64,000 nucleotides of DNA from the NCBI RefSeq assembly GCF_009914755.1, contig NC_060939.1; one strand, 5' to 3'. The position numbers and the translations under genes are program-made. This document shows, piece by piece, positions 50,815 through 64,000 of this stretch. Under the pieces are notes generated by a model. It was not told the origin of the DNA and made no database searches. It saw only the letters and a program-made list of their open reading frames with translations. Numbering within the stretch: position 1 is the first letter of the stretch; the number at the start of each line of letters is the position of its first letter. Origin of the DNA: the human T2T-CHM13v2.0 reference genome, Homo sapiens.

Positions 50815-52831
50815 TTATATCACATTTGGCAGCCTGCAGAGCCCATTGGAGCATCATACTGGTCTTGGGAGGTAGGCAGGGTAACCTTGATAGAGCCCAT
50901 TTTCTGAAGCAAGAAACTGAGCCCCTAGAGGAGATAGACAGCTTGCCCAAGGCAGTCAGTAGCAAGGTCAAGCTGGAATCCAGATCACCATATATTTTGG
51001 TCTTTCTGAGCCAGTAGTCAGCACACAGGTGGGAATGACTAACAGCATCCTTTCCCAGGGAGACTCACACTTTGCAAGCTGTTCCTTAGCCCATTTGCAA
51101 GCTGTTCCTCAGCCCATGCAGCACTAATGCTGGGCTTTCTGGGCACGTGAAAGGATCACGGGGAAGCACTTTGAGGGAGGAGATTTCTTCCTGGTGGCCC
51201 CAAATCACACCGAGTCCTGCCAAGACAGGTTACTTGGTATTACGCTGGCCCCAACAATGAGTGCTCATTTATTGCACTGAATGGTTTGGGAGCAAGGCTG
51301 GGGATGGAGTTGGGGCTGTCAGTGGCTCAGAGTCCCAGAGCAAACTCCCTGAACCACTGCTGTTGGCTAATGACACTTAGAAAAAAGTGTTGCATAAGTA
51401 GCCCTGGCCCATAATTAAGGCCTTTCCACCCTGTCTGAGAAGTGACAGTGAGTTACAGTCAAGAAGGTTCAGTAGACAAACTTTGGACTCAGGCTTGAGT
51501 TCAGGTTCCTGGTCTGCCTTGCAATAGGTGTTCCTGAGCAAGTCATTTTACTTCTCTGACTATTTTCTCATCTGTAAAAGGGGGATAATGATGTCTACTT
51601 GGCAATGTGGTTGTGACAATTAAATAACATTCTAGCCTCAGTGCAGTCCAAGAGGTCTCGGAGGAGAGGGGGTTCCAAAGACTTCCAGAACACAGGCAGC
51701 CTGGAAGCCACCCTGATTCACAGCCTTGGAGGCGGGGGTGGGGGGATGGGCCACCCATCTCCACCCCATTACCTCTGCAGAGAGGTGTTACTGATTCCTC
51801 CATGCAGGAAGCATTTGTTGAACCCTGATTCTATGCCAGGCCTGGCCTCTCAGAGCTCTTGGAAAGACAGGAGCACCACAGGGAGAGCACTGCAGTCCCT
51901 GGGTATAGAAGGGGAAGCAGCTGGACCCACCTTGTGGAGGCTGAAGGCGCAGTAGAGGGGTGGAAAGTATTTGATCAGGGCAGAAAGGCAGAGAGGAGAG
52001 TAGTGATGGGCTCTGGTTTCAATCCTTCTCTGCCCCCTCCAGCTGTGGGACTTCACCTCTCTGCACCTCCTTTCCTCATCTGTAAAATGAGGATGATAAC
52101 AACACTCGCCAGCAGGACTGTTGAATTCAATGTGTAGTAAATTTAAAGACTATAGCCAATGCTCACAAAACGCTGGCCATTCTCGTGACGCCGAGTGAAT
52201 GGCAGCTTGCCAGGTAGGCAAGGGTTGGACGGAAAAGCTTGAATAAAGACCCAGGGGCTGGAGAGACTGTGGCTTCTTTGGGGAACTTGGAAGCTCTCTG
52301 GGGAGCCAGTGATTGTGGGAGCAGTTGAGGGGCTGGGCCATGGGGCCCCCACTCCTTACCCCACCCGGAAGCCTGGTCTTGAGTCACTATTGGGCCAGTG
52401 GAGCTCACGGATGGGCATGGGAGCGAGGAGGTTGTAGACATTATTTTAATCTTCCTCTTAAAGCATAATTGCTTTTTGTCGGCGGGTGTTCCTGGAGACG
52501 CCTCCCCGTGGGATTGTTTTCCAGGCTCCTCTCTTCCAGGAGACAGGCAGGGGCCGGGCCAGCTCCACGCTGCATTAATACGCTGCAAATGCGATTTCAT
52601 GGCCTCAAATGAGATTAGGGCCAGAGGCTCTGCTCTCTGGTAGAGATGGCGGGTGGTGTGAGCGAAGGGTGGCGGGCGCTGAGCAGGGAATCTGAGAGGG
52701 AGGGAGCCCGGGCTGACTTGGCCTGAGTGAGCAGTTTCCTGTAATTGGAGCCCCTCGGACTTGCTGGCGCATCCCGGCTGCAGAGCCAACCCTGAGGCCC
52801 TGTCCAGTGGGCGAGGTACCCAAGGCTGTCA

Positions 52832-53512
<681 letters not shown>

Positions 53513-55484
53513 TCATCCCTCACTCATACATCAAGCACCCATCTGGTGCCAATTCTGCACCAGGCAACATGCTGGGCCCTGGGGACATGGTCCCCGCCCT
53601 TGGGGAAGATAGATCCTGTCCCAGAGAAGCCCACAGTGGATCATGAGCCAGGGCAGGGGAGGCCCATGGGCTGTGGATCTGATGTCCCTGAGGTCGGGTG
53701 GGGGAAGGTTGCAGCGAATCTTTGTGCAGGTTGTGCACAATTCAATTGTGTCTTGAATTATTCAGGCTGGCTGGGGAAGAGGGATGGCCCAGGCACATGG
53801 AACAGTAAAGGTGAAGGCCTGAAGGCTGGAGAGACCACTGCTCCTTCACAGGGACCACAGGCATGTCATGAGTGTGGGTGTGAGGGCCTGGGGTGAGCAG
53901 ACCAGGAGGCTGGCAGGGGTCCCCTGCAGTGATGGGGTCCTACTAAGGTGTTTTTTGAAGCAGAGGAGGGCCTTGGTCAGATTTGGAGGTTGGAAGAGTT
54001 GGGGTGAGGGGACACAGGTTTGCTGGAAACAGGTTGAGCCTATTGTCCCCACCCCAAGGCCTCTCTGCCCTCTGAGTAGACCCCCCACCCAACCTTGGCA
54101 GAGCACTGCTTCTGCCCCTCCTGATGGGAGGAAATGGCAGGCAGCTTCATTGCTCACTCCTTTATTCAGTCCCTTGTTACACGAGTTATTGATTTTTCAA
54201 AAGAAAAATGCCCAAAAGCAACGTTGCATCTTTAGCAAAGTGATTTATGACATGATGGAGGGAGCTGGGCTGCCCCAAATGAGAGCTGTGGTTGCCAAAT
54301 GCCAAGAGGAATCCTTCAACATGGCAATCCATAAACGTGCCTGCTAAGCAAATGGAAGCCGCGTTGTCCAACAACGAGAACATCACACTCTACTCGTCAC
54401 CCCCAAGTCTCCTGTTGCCAAAGCTTGGGCCAGAGGTGCTCCATCTTGGCATACATTGGTGTAAGTGTGAGGGAAAGCTCACTGTGGGGCTGCCTACCAT
54501 GTGAAGGCATCCATTCTCTTATCTAATCCTCGCCACCACCCTGCACAGAGCCTGCTGGTAGACCTGCTCTGCAGATGAGGAATGGGAGGCTCTGAGGGAT
54601 CAGGGGGTTTGCCCAAACCCTCACTCCGGTGCCTGGCAGAACCAGGGTTAGAGCCAGGCCTGACAGATTCCAAGTCATCATGCTTTTTTTCTTTGCTGCC
54701 AAATCTTTTTGCCTATTTGGTGGTGACCAGAGCCCACAAGAACTAGGTGCAGCAAGAGAGGGTCAGGACTATCACAAAGTCTGCTCTGAGACAAAACACA
54801 GATACACAAGGGTTTAGCCCAGTAGCCGTTTACTGAGCTGATAGAAGTCACCTCTGCACGGCAAGCAACCAGGGAAAGGTCAGAAGGGCAGGCCCCCAGA
54901 GCCTCCAGGATCCCACCCTGGCCCACTCAGCAAGCAGACCCTAAAGACAGCAGCCTGCATCTAACAGGCTTAGCTGGAAATGGGAGCGAGCTACATTAGT
55001 GATAGAGTCACAGTCTGGGGTGTTATGACCCCACCAGCCCTCATAATCAAACAGCCCTGCAGCCCCTCTGTGCTGGATAGAAGTGATGTCCTCCAGGCCC
55101 CCTGGCTCTGCCCTTGCTTATGGGGGCCGGCCAGCCATGCCCAGCTGAGCCTCTGGGGCACACCACCTCAATCTCCTTTGACACCAGTGTCTGCAGGCTG
55201 CACTGCCGCAGAGCCATTGGTCTGGCCTCATTCAAAAGGCCAGGTGTTTTCATCTCTGGTCTTGAATTTTTCATGCTGCCCCAGTTTCTGGAGAGAGGAA
55301 AGGAGAGCTGCGACTCCTTTCCCAGAGTGAAAGGAAAAGGCAGCGTGGTTTGGTGGTTATGATCTCGGACTTTGGAGCCAGCAGGCCTGGAGTCAAATCC
55401 CAGCTGTGCCGCCTCAAAGCCGTGTGACCTTGGGCAAGTCCATTCCCTCAGAGCATTTGTGTCCTCACCTTAAAAATGGACTCT

Positions 55485-55784
<300 letters not shown>

Positions 55785-56337
55785 TCACAGCAATAACTCC
55801 AGGAGCGTAAATGTGAGGATGAAATGACATGGCGCAGGTCAACTCTTGGCATGAGACCTGGCACACAGTAAGTGCTCACTAAAAGTTGGGGGTGTGAAGG
55901 GGCTGGTGGTGACGATGACAGCAGTAATACCAGGACATCAGGCGGGGCGAGAGATTGGGCCATGGAGAGGGGCTCACACAGCAGGTATATCAGCCAGGGT
56001 CCTGCCAGGAAAAAGAAGGCATTCAAATTCAGGAGCTTGAGGGGAGTTTAATAAAGGGACTATTTACAATACTGAGGGTGGGGTTTAGGAAAAACAAGAG
56101 GGAGACTACAGCGCCTTGGGGGCTGGAACCTGTGAGAAGACTTCCCTGACTCCTAGGTTTGAAGAGACAAGAGGGAACAATGACCATAACCTGGAAAGGC
56201 ACTTGTATGGAGAGAGTTGGCTGCCAGGCAGAGTCCAGGAAAGTGTGCCTCTCTCCCAGAGCCCCCACACTTGGCCTTCTCTTTTCCTGACTCTTGCCCC
56301 TTCCCCCATATCTCCCTATCACTCTTTCTCCATTGCT

Positions 56338-57654
56338 TTTGGGCAGCTGAGTTGGATGAGGTGGGAAATGTAGGCAGTGTGATTTTATAGCAAATGGCAG
56401 CTCATAGCTGTGTGATCTTGGGCAAAATGTTAACCCTCTCTGAGCTTTGGTTCCCGTCCTTATCCAGTGGGAGAATCAGGACTGCTCTGAGGGCCGAATG
56501 AGACCATGAAGGTAAAGCTCTTAACGCGGACAGTGAAGTCCCCCAGACGTGCTTGCTTTTTTCCCTGCTAACCAACTTTGGACTTGGTGAGTTCTCCCCC
56601 ACTGGAATGGGCCAGAGAAGTGAGAAATGGCCATGGGGTGAAGTCTGCATGTCTCCACCAGCGCTTGAGCCTTCACACCCACCCAGACCAGATATCATCC
56701 CAGGCCCACTTGCCCTCTTCTCTATCCCCTCTCTGTTCCCGGCTTCCAGGCCCACGCCCATGGCCGCACCTTTCTCAGGTAGCCCTTCAACAGAAATGTC
56801 CCCTTTCCTACCTAAATCCAATGTGTTCTCAGGGTCCTGCTCAAGGCCCTTCATCCCGGAGGCCTTCCTCGACCCCTTTATCTCCTGCTCTGAACGTGTG
56901 TGCAGTCCTCCTGGTCCACAGCAACACCTCCTGTGTGTGTGCTGCTTCTGGAGCTGCAAGTTCACTCCTGGTATGTAAGAAACATGAGGCAGGGGCGTGG
57001 GACCAGGGCAAGTCCCTGCCCCTCCTTTGATTATTTTGACTGTTGTCTACTGAAGCATTTCCTTTAGAGGGTCTCTATGCTCCCACTGCCACGCACCCTC
57101 GGCCCCAGTGGTGTAGACAGCAGGTCTTCACTTGTTGGCTGAAGGATGGAAAACTCTGAGAGGGCTCCCCGCTCTGAATCCACCGGCTGCTGGCCAGGAC
57201 CTTCGAGGGCTGCTCTGACCTCATATAAGTTATGAGGCTCAGCCTCAGGAGTTTCTGCAGAGAGATTGGAGAGCTGGCTTTGCCCTGTGCTTCCACAAGG
57301 GCTCTAACTGGGCCCCTTGAGGCCAGTTCACACCCCACCCCTTAAGGTGCTGAGCTGGGTTTAAACTGAAGTCACTGCCACCCAGAGCTGCACTAGAGAG
57401 AACTTGCCAAGCCCAAGGTTGGTTAGCAGGGAAAAGCGAGCATGCCTGGAGCTCATAACCATCCGTGTTAAGAGCTTTACCTGCGTGGTCTCATTCAGCC
57501 CACAGAGCAGCCCTGATTGCCTCACTGAATAAGGATGGGAACCAAAGCTCAGAAAGGGTTAACATTTTGCCCAAGATCACACAGCTTTGAGCTGCCATTT
57601 GCTACAAAATCACACTGCCTACATTTCCCACCTCATCCAACTCAGCTGCCCAAA
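56338..57654. repeat. Inverted repeat pair (56338-56530 and 57462-57654)
   Basis: 193-bp ungapped arms with 14 mismatches by manual alignment. Confidence 0.95.
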
Positions 57655-60028
57655 TGTGGGGGTGGGACAGGACTCACAGGGAAGGAAAGGCCAAGTCAGG
57701 AGGCGGGGGCGTCTCTGGAAGACAGACACACTCCCCTGAGTCTCATTGCATGGGTAGTTTGTCCTCACAGGCTGCTTCCTCAGACTCCAGGCCCCAGACA
57801 TGGCATGAGGAAGCAGGGCTGACTATGAGCCACATCTGTCTACCCAGATTCTTCTTGCTGTCCAGCCAGCAAGATCCCTCCTTCCCCAAGAGCCAGCCCC
57901 AGATCCAGCCTCAGGGGCTTGCCCCTCCCAGAACTATGGGCTCTCTAGTGGCCACATTTAACCCCTGGCCCCTCCTAGTGATATAGCTCCAAGTGCTGTC
58001 TCCTGGGGGTAGGGGGTGGGCACAGTTATCTATTAGCTGTGAGATTAATCATTCCCTGCTCTCCCTCACCCTGGAATCTCCCTGAATCATCACAGCTTGG
58101 GGCTGGCCCCTGGACATTTGAGGAGCAAGCCCACTTCTCTGGGCTGGGGATATAGAGCTCACCTTGCTGGAGGAAGGGGAGGAGAAGGTAGAGCAGCTGG
58201 GCTCATGCTGCTAAGGCCTTCTCACAGGCAAGGAGGAAGCAGCTCTCGGGGGAGGTTAGGACAGGCACAGGAGCTGGTGTCTCAGGGGTCCTTGGTCTGG
58301 GGAGGTGAACAACCAGCAAGTCAGGAGGTAGAAGGGCCCTACTGGTGGCTGCTGAGTGCACAGGGCCCACTTGCACCCTGGAGCCAGACGGCCTGGAACC
58401 AGTGCCCAATCGCATTATCTTCCCAGGCAGGAAGATGGCAGGGGCGTGGCTGCAGAGGCAGAAAGCTCAGATGCCAAGGAGGGTAGCTGGGTGAGAGCCC
58501 CGAGCCCCGGGGACTGAGGCAGAGCTGCAGGGCAGGGCAAGGACCACAGTGAGGCAGGCAAGGTGGCCAGGGCACAAAATGTGAGGCTCTGTGTCGGGAG
58601 CGGAGCGCTCGCACAGCCCTGAGAATGAGTGCTTCATTAAAGTTTGCTTCCTAGGCACCTGGCTTGCATCTTCAGTCCTGCTGCTAGAGAAGGAGCAATG
58701 GCTCCCCACCCCCTGAACCTGCTGCCCTAGCCTCCTAGACTAAGCAGGCCTGAGAGGTTGGGGGAGATGCGCTCTAGAGAGACTGGGGGAGCAGCCACTG
58801 AGACCTTTCCACACATACACACTGTGCTGGGACATGTTGGCCCACAAGGGAGATAAAGCACAGTGCTCACAGCCAGGCCATTCCTGGTCAGGCCCCCAGC
58901 CCCAGAGCCCCAGGAGTACCACTCTTGGCAGGCCTAGACGGGGAGAAAATTAGGAGTGGGGTTCCTGACTACCATCCCCCACCAGTGTCTGGGTGACCTT
59001 GGCTGGTCCTTTCAGTTCTAATCAAAAGCAAAGCCTCAGTTTTTCTGTCTCTAAACTGGGGAGAACCACATCCTTGCTGCTGCTCTCTCTGGAGTGGGGG
59101 TAGAGAGGGAGGCTGGGAGGCCTCTGCAAAGCCGGAGTCTCCTGCCTCCTGGCTGCCAGGCTGGTCCTGCTCTTCGGCCAGATTAAAAGAATCTCCAACT
59201 TGGGGCCCAAAATAGGTAGAAATGAGGCAGGCCACAGGGGCCCCCCAAACACTTCTGAACACTGCCCAGTACCCCAAATCCCTCCTCTTCTAGCCCAGGA
59301 TTTCTGATCATTCTTCGAAGCCCAGTTCAGACCTCACCTCTCTATAGAGCAACCCCCCACCCCAGGCCAAGGACTAGTCTCTCTTCATTCTGCCATCTCA
59401 CCTCACCAAAAGCACTTAGGACCCTGCCTGGCGTGCAGCAAATGCTCTTTGTCTTTGTAATAATTTCTTGCAGTGCTCAGAACTGAACCATAATCTTTGG
59501 TTCGTACTCTAGTGCCATCACTGACCCATCATGGCTTTCTTTAATTGTTTAATTATAATTTATTTTCAATAATGTAATGAATTTCCATTAACTGACCACC
59601 CAATCTAAAAACCCAAAAGTTTAGAATGTATGCTCTTACCCTCTTCTCTCCCCGATCTTCCCACCCACCCTCCAAGAAGAAACCATCCTCTTGAAGTTTG
59701 TGTTTATTATTATCAAATAAATGGAAGACTATAGGTACCCAAAGAGGCACGATGGCTGGTAGATTCTTCAACAGAAGTAGCTGTTTTACCGATCAAGCTG
59801 CAACACTCTTGAGAGCAGTGTCTGCTTCCTCTTTTGCTGCAGCTTGAGCAGCATGGGGCTGGCCACACCACAGGGTTGGTGGAGACTACTTGAGGCACCA
59901 AGAGCAGGAAGGGTGGGACCTGAGTGCCAGGCGGCAGGTGGAACACAGCTCCAGGAATAGGGAAAAGGGCTTCGCGTTCTAGCTCACTGCACCTGGACAG
60001 GTGCCTGTGTGACTTCGGCCCTGCCCTG

Positions 60029-60056
60029 TGACATCACACAGTGTTGCCCAGGTGAC
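60029..60056 (+). promoter_or_regulatory. CRE-like TGACATCA plus X-box-like GTTGCCCAGGTGAC in the CCDC33 short-isoform promoter
   Basis: Adjacent motif matches ~420 bp upstream of the ATG. Confidence 0.5.
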
Positions 60057-60470
60057 CCAGCTAGGTGGAAGAGCTTATTGTTTTCCAGGCCTGGGCAGAG
60101 ACAGGGCCCCCCTGCCCCATCTCTCCACCGTCCTAGGTGTGCCAAGAGTCAATTGCCTCATTGCTGACCCTGTCCAGCTGGCCATGGCCCTCAACCCCCA
60201 AGGCCCTTCCACCCACAGACCATCTCGCTGCTGAGAGATCCAGGACCTGCTCCCACCTGGCCACCCTCCCCCTCCCCCCACATCCAGGCCCCAGGGCTGG
60301 TGTGTGGCACCCCTGAGACCACATTGACCTCCATACTGTCTACTACCCATAAGGACTCCAAGACGCCCAGGCCAGCTGTCTGGGCAGGACTGATGCCTGA
60401 TCACCCACTGATACCAAGTACTCATCCCCAAGATTGTTAAACAAGGCCAGACACTCCTGGCCTCAAGAGG

Positions 60471-60491
60471 ATGGGACTGAAAAACAAAAAG
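60471..60491 (+). CDS. CCDC33: CCDC33 short isoform, first coding exon (MGLKNKK); gene continues beyond the window
   Basis: AGGATGG start, donor AAG|GTAAGG, phase 0; recognised N-terminus. Confidence 0.85.
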
Positions 60492-61615
60492 GTAAGGCCA
60501 GGGGCATGGGCCATGCACCTGCATGAATCCGTCCCTCCTGCAAAGTCCTTCCTTCAAAGTTTTGTTTGCTCCTTAATCATGACAAAAGCTTCCCTTCCCT
60601 GGGTCTCAGTTTTCACAGCTGTGAAATGGGGAGTGAGGTGGTCTCTGTGGCTCTCCCAGGTTAGCTGCCCTATACTCTTGGGCCACACGGGAACTGGAAT
60701 GCAGTGTACTTGCAGGTGTTGTCAATGCTGACCACCCTTACCTGGTTGTTTCTGCACTCTTATTGCTGGGGTCACACAGTCTGAGAGCCCACTGAGATGG
60801 TTCATTACCCCTGTCCAAGATCTCCCAGGAGATTCCCAGGCTGCTGGCTTGGCAGCCCTGATGCCCCCATTGCCCCCATGCTCTCCAATCCCTGGCCCTG
60901 ATTTTCTGGGGCCTAGGCCCCTGTCCTGGAACACAGATGCTTGGGTCTCTGAAGAGAAGGGATTTTTGTGTGTTTTGTTGATCACCGTATCCCCAGCACT
61001 CAGAACAGTGCCTGGCACATAGTGGGTGCTTAATAAAAAGCTGTGGCCCAGCAGCAGGGCTCTGTCAGGAAGGGACTAGAATCTCAGTGTGATGAGATGT
61101 AAACAGTTGAATGTAAGGGACCCCTTACCTTCCTCTCACTAGCAAGGCTGAGCCCCTGCCCTAGATGGTGTTAACCCACAGGGATAGCAGAAGGAGCTGA
61201 GACCAAAGGCACACAGATACTTGCAAATGGGGGATACCCTCTTTGTAGTTACACTCAGGTTGAATAAGCCAAATAGCTGGGGGTGCCCAGGCCCTAGTGT
61301 GATTTCCACTTCATTACTCTTGATTTTGATGTCTCTGGTTCCTGATGTTCTCTGCCCACAGCTGCCCCCCACCCCCTGCAGACTCTGCCCTCCCCATTAA
61401 GCCTCTTTCTGTAATGCCACACACTCAGAACCGGTCACCAGGTTGACCTGGCACCCTAAGCTGCCAGCTGGTCCCCACCTGCCCCACAGAGCTGGATTTG
61501 GGGATCTGGGGAGTGTGCGTGGGAGTCCTGAGGAGGAGCCAAGGTTGCTTTGATTAGTAGCTTTGAGAAGCGCTTTTGATAGCTGGGTAGAATCGCCTAT
61601 AAGGATGCTCATCAT

Positions 61616-62307
<692 letters not shown>

Positions 62308-64000
62308 TTAAATATGCAGCAAACATTTTCTCCTTTTTTTCTTTTCTTTGTATTGCAGGGCATTTTGGACCATTATAGAAGTTAGTATAGATTTTTAAAA
62401 TGTAATCAAACCTATCCCTTTTTAATGATTTCTGACTTTTGTGTCATCTTTTGGAATGCTTCTCTGCTCCAAAGAACATAATTCCTCTTGCTGCCACCAA
62501 TGGATACTCAGATTATGAGTTCAGGGGGGCATCCACTGTGGAGCAGAGAAGGGATCCACATCCAAGGAAGCATGGTTAGAGCACAGCAGAGACAGCAAGA
62601 GTGTGGGGTCAGACAGACCCAGCTTCCAGTTCCAGCCCTGGCCTCACTAGCTAAGCTGTGTGCTTTCATACAAGAGGTTTACTTTCTCTGAGTGTGCTTC
62701 CTCACCTGTGAAAGAGCTTTCCCCTGGCCGCCATAACTCTCAGGCAAGTTTAGATGTTGAAACTAGAAGGAACATGGGGGACCATTTTTAACTGAAAGTC
62801 CTTGTGAAACTGCTGGGAAATAGCCCCGCTGCAGTCAAGTAACTTGCCCAAATGACAGATCCGGGCAGCCAGGCACCCTGCCTCCCAGCCCAGCCCCGCT
62901 CCAGCTAGTGTGACTTTTCAGACACACGGCCCTTCTAGAGGGCAGAACTGGGCTCAGCTCCTCAGGCCTCCCAGGCTGCTGGAGGATAGGGAGGAGTGGG
63001 TGGAAGAGTTTGTCTCCTTCCATCTCTCTCCCCACCAGAACCAAGTTAAGCACCCCCCAACCCACCCGCGGGAGCTGAATTCAAGGACCATTAACTCCCT
63101 GTTGTTCCTACCTCCTCCTCTCACCCCAGCCCTTCCCCCCAGCACATGGATCCAAAAATGCCCTAAGTGATGGGCAGTCCTAGTTCCCCTGCAACATCTG
63201 CTGGCTAATCCTGGCCTATTGAGGGCAAGGCTGCCTGTCTGTTTGGATAAGGGCACTGGAGTTAGCAGCTTCCAATCTTGCCAGGCCCAGTGGAGTAGCT
63301 GAGAGTGCTGAGCTTTGGAATCAGGCTTGCTTCGGTGCTCACAGCCCAGCCTCTCATCCACTGGCTGTGTGGCCTTGGGCAGGTAAACTGGCCAAACCCC
63401 TGCCTGGAAAAGCTGCCTGCTGATCTCCGCACCCTAGCAGTGTTGGGTGGGTTAAGTGAGAGGGAGCCTGAGAAGCTGATGGTGAGCATCCAGCTTTGCT
63501 CCCAGCCAAGAGGAGGCATGAATTCCCTCCCCAGGGCTCACCACACCCCTACAGATGAGTTTGTGCAAACTGAGAGTTACGGGGGGATACCCCATCACCC
63601 CCAGTTCCCTACCACTCATGTAACCCAGTATATGCATTTTCTGTTCCCTCATCAATCCTCTAGTGCAGGCCAGGGGTAACAGATGGGTCGAGGACATTGG
63701 TTCTGATGCAGGACATCTCTGAGGGAAGCCTGCAGATTCCCATCCAGACATGGGAATAAAAAAGGGATAGCAGGAGGTTAGCAGCCCTGGCCCACCATCC
63801 CCCTTCTGGCCTTACCCTTGGCCCCAAGCCTCCCTGGCCCTGGGCCCAGCCTGCCCAGCGGGCACATGCCTGCAAGCCTCACCAGGAGGCGCCAGCCTGG
63901 CAGTTGGCCTCATGCCCAGAACTGAAACACAATAGTTCTCGCCAAACTTCCTGCAAGCTTTATTCCCAGAAGGGAAGGCTGTCCCCGAGGGGAGGTGCAG

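Noticed and set aside
63879-63893. CTCF-like TCACCAGGAGGCGCC
   Set aside because: Mismatched to consensus and cannot be supported without a PWM score or ChIP data

Overview
Human (primate) genomic DNA, recognisable as the STRA6-CCDC33 locus on 15q24.1. The minus strand holds the complete STRA6 gene (retinol-binding-protein receptor). I reconstructed 18 coding exons by hand, all bounded by GT-AG, from the ATG at 24187 to the TGA at 2000; they total 2004 nt (667 aa), with AATAAA at 1401-1406. Several alternative first exons lie at about 24.3-34.2 kb, three of which add in-frame N-terminal extensions. The plus strand holds the 5' end of CCDC33: two coding exons of a long isoform (41025-41334, 42250-42614) and the first coding exon of a short isoform (MGLKNKK, 60471-60491). 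The rest is intronic or intergenic, with many Alu, MIR, L1, L2, LTR and DNA-transposon relics, an ~800 bp (GGT/GAT)n tract and several enhancer-like blocks. Nearly all ORFs in the supplied track are spurious. I found no convincing new multi-gene system. The most notable items are: a 24-nt STRA6 coding microexon inside an antisense MIR, with sibling MIRs that look like latent poison exons; a 193-bp, ~93% identical inverted duplication; a near-perfect RFX X-box in STRA6 intron 8; a 24-bp palindrome with an E-box cluster in intron 17; nested LTR/Alu DR2 elements upstream of this retinoid-induced gene; and two compound Alus. Exon numbering treats the ATG-containing exon as exon 2. Repeat family names come from recall of consensus sequences and need RepeatMasker confirmation.
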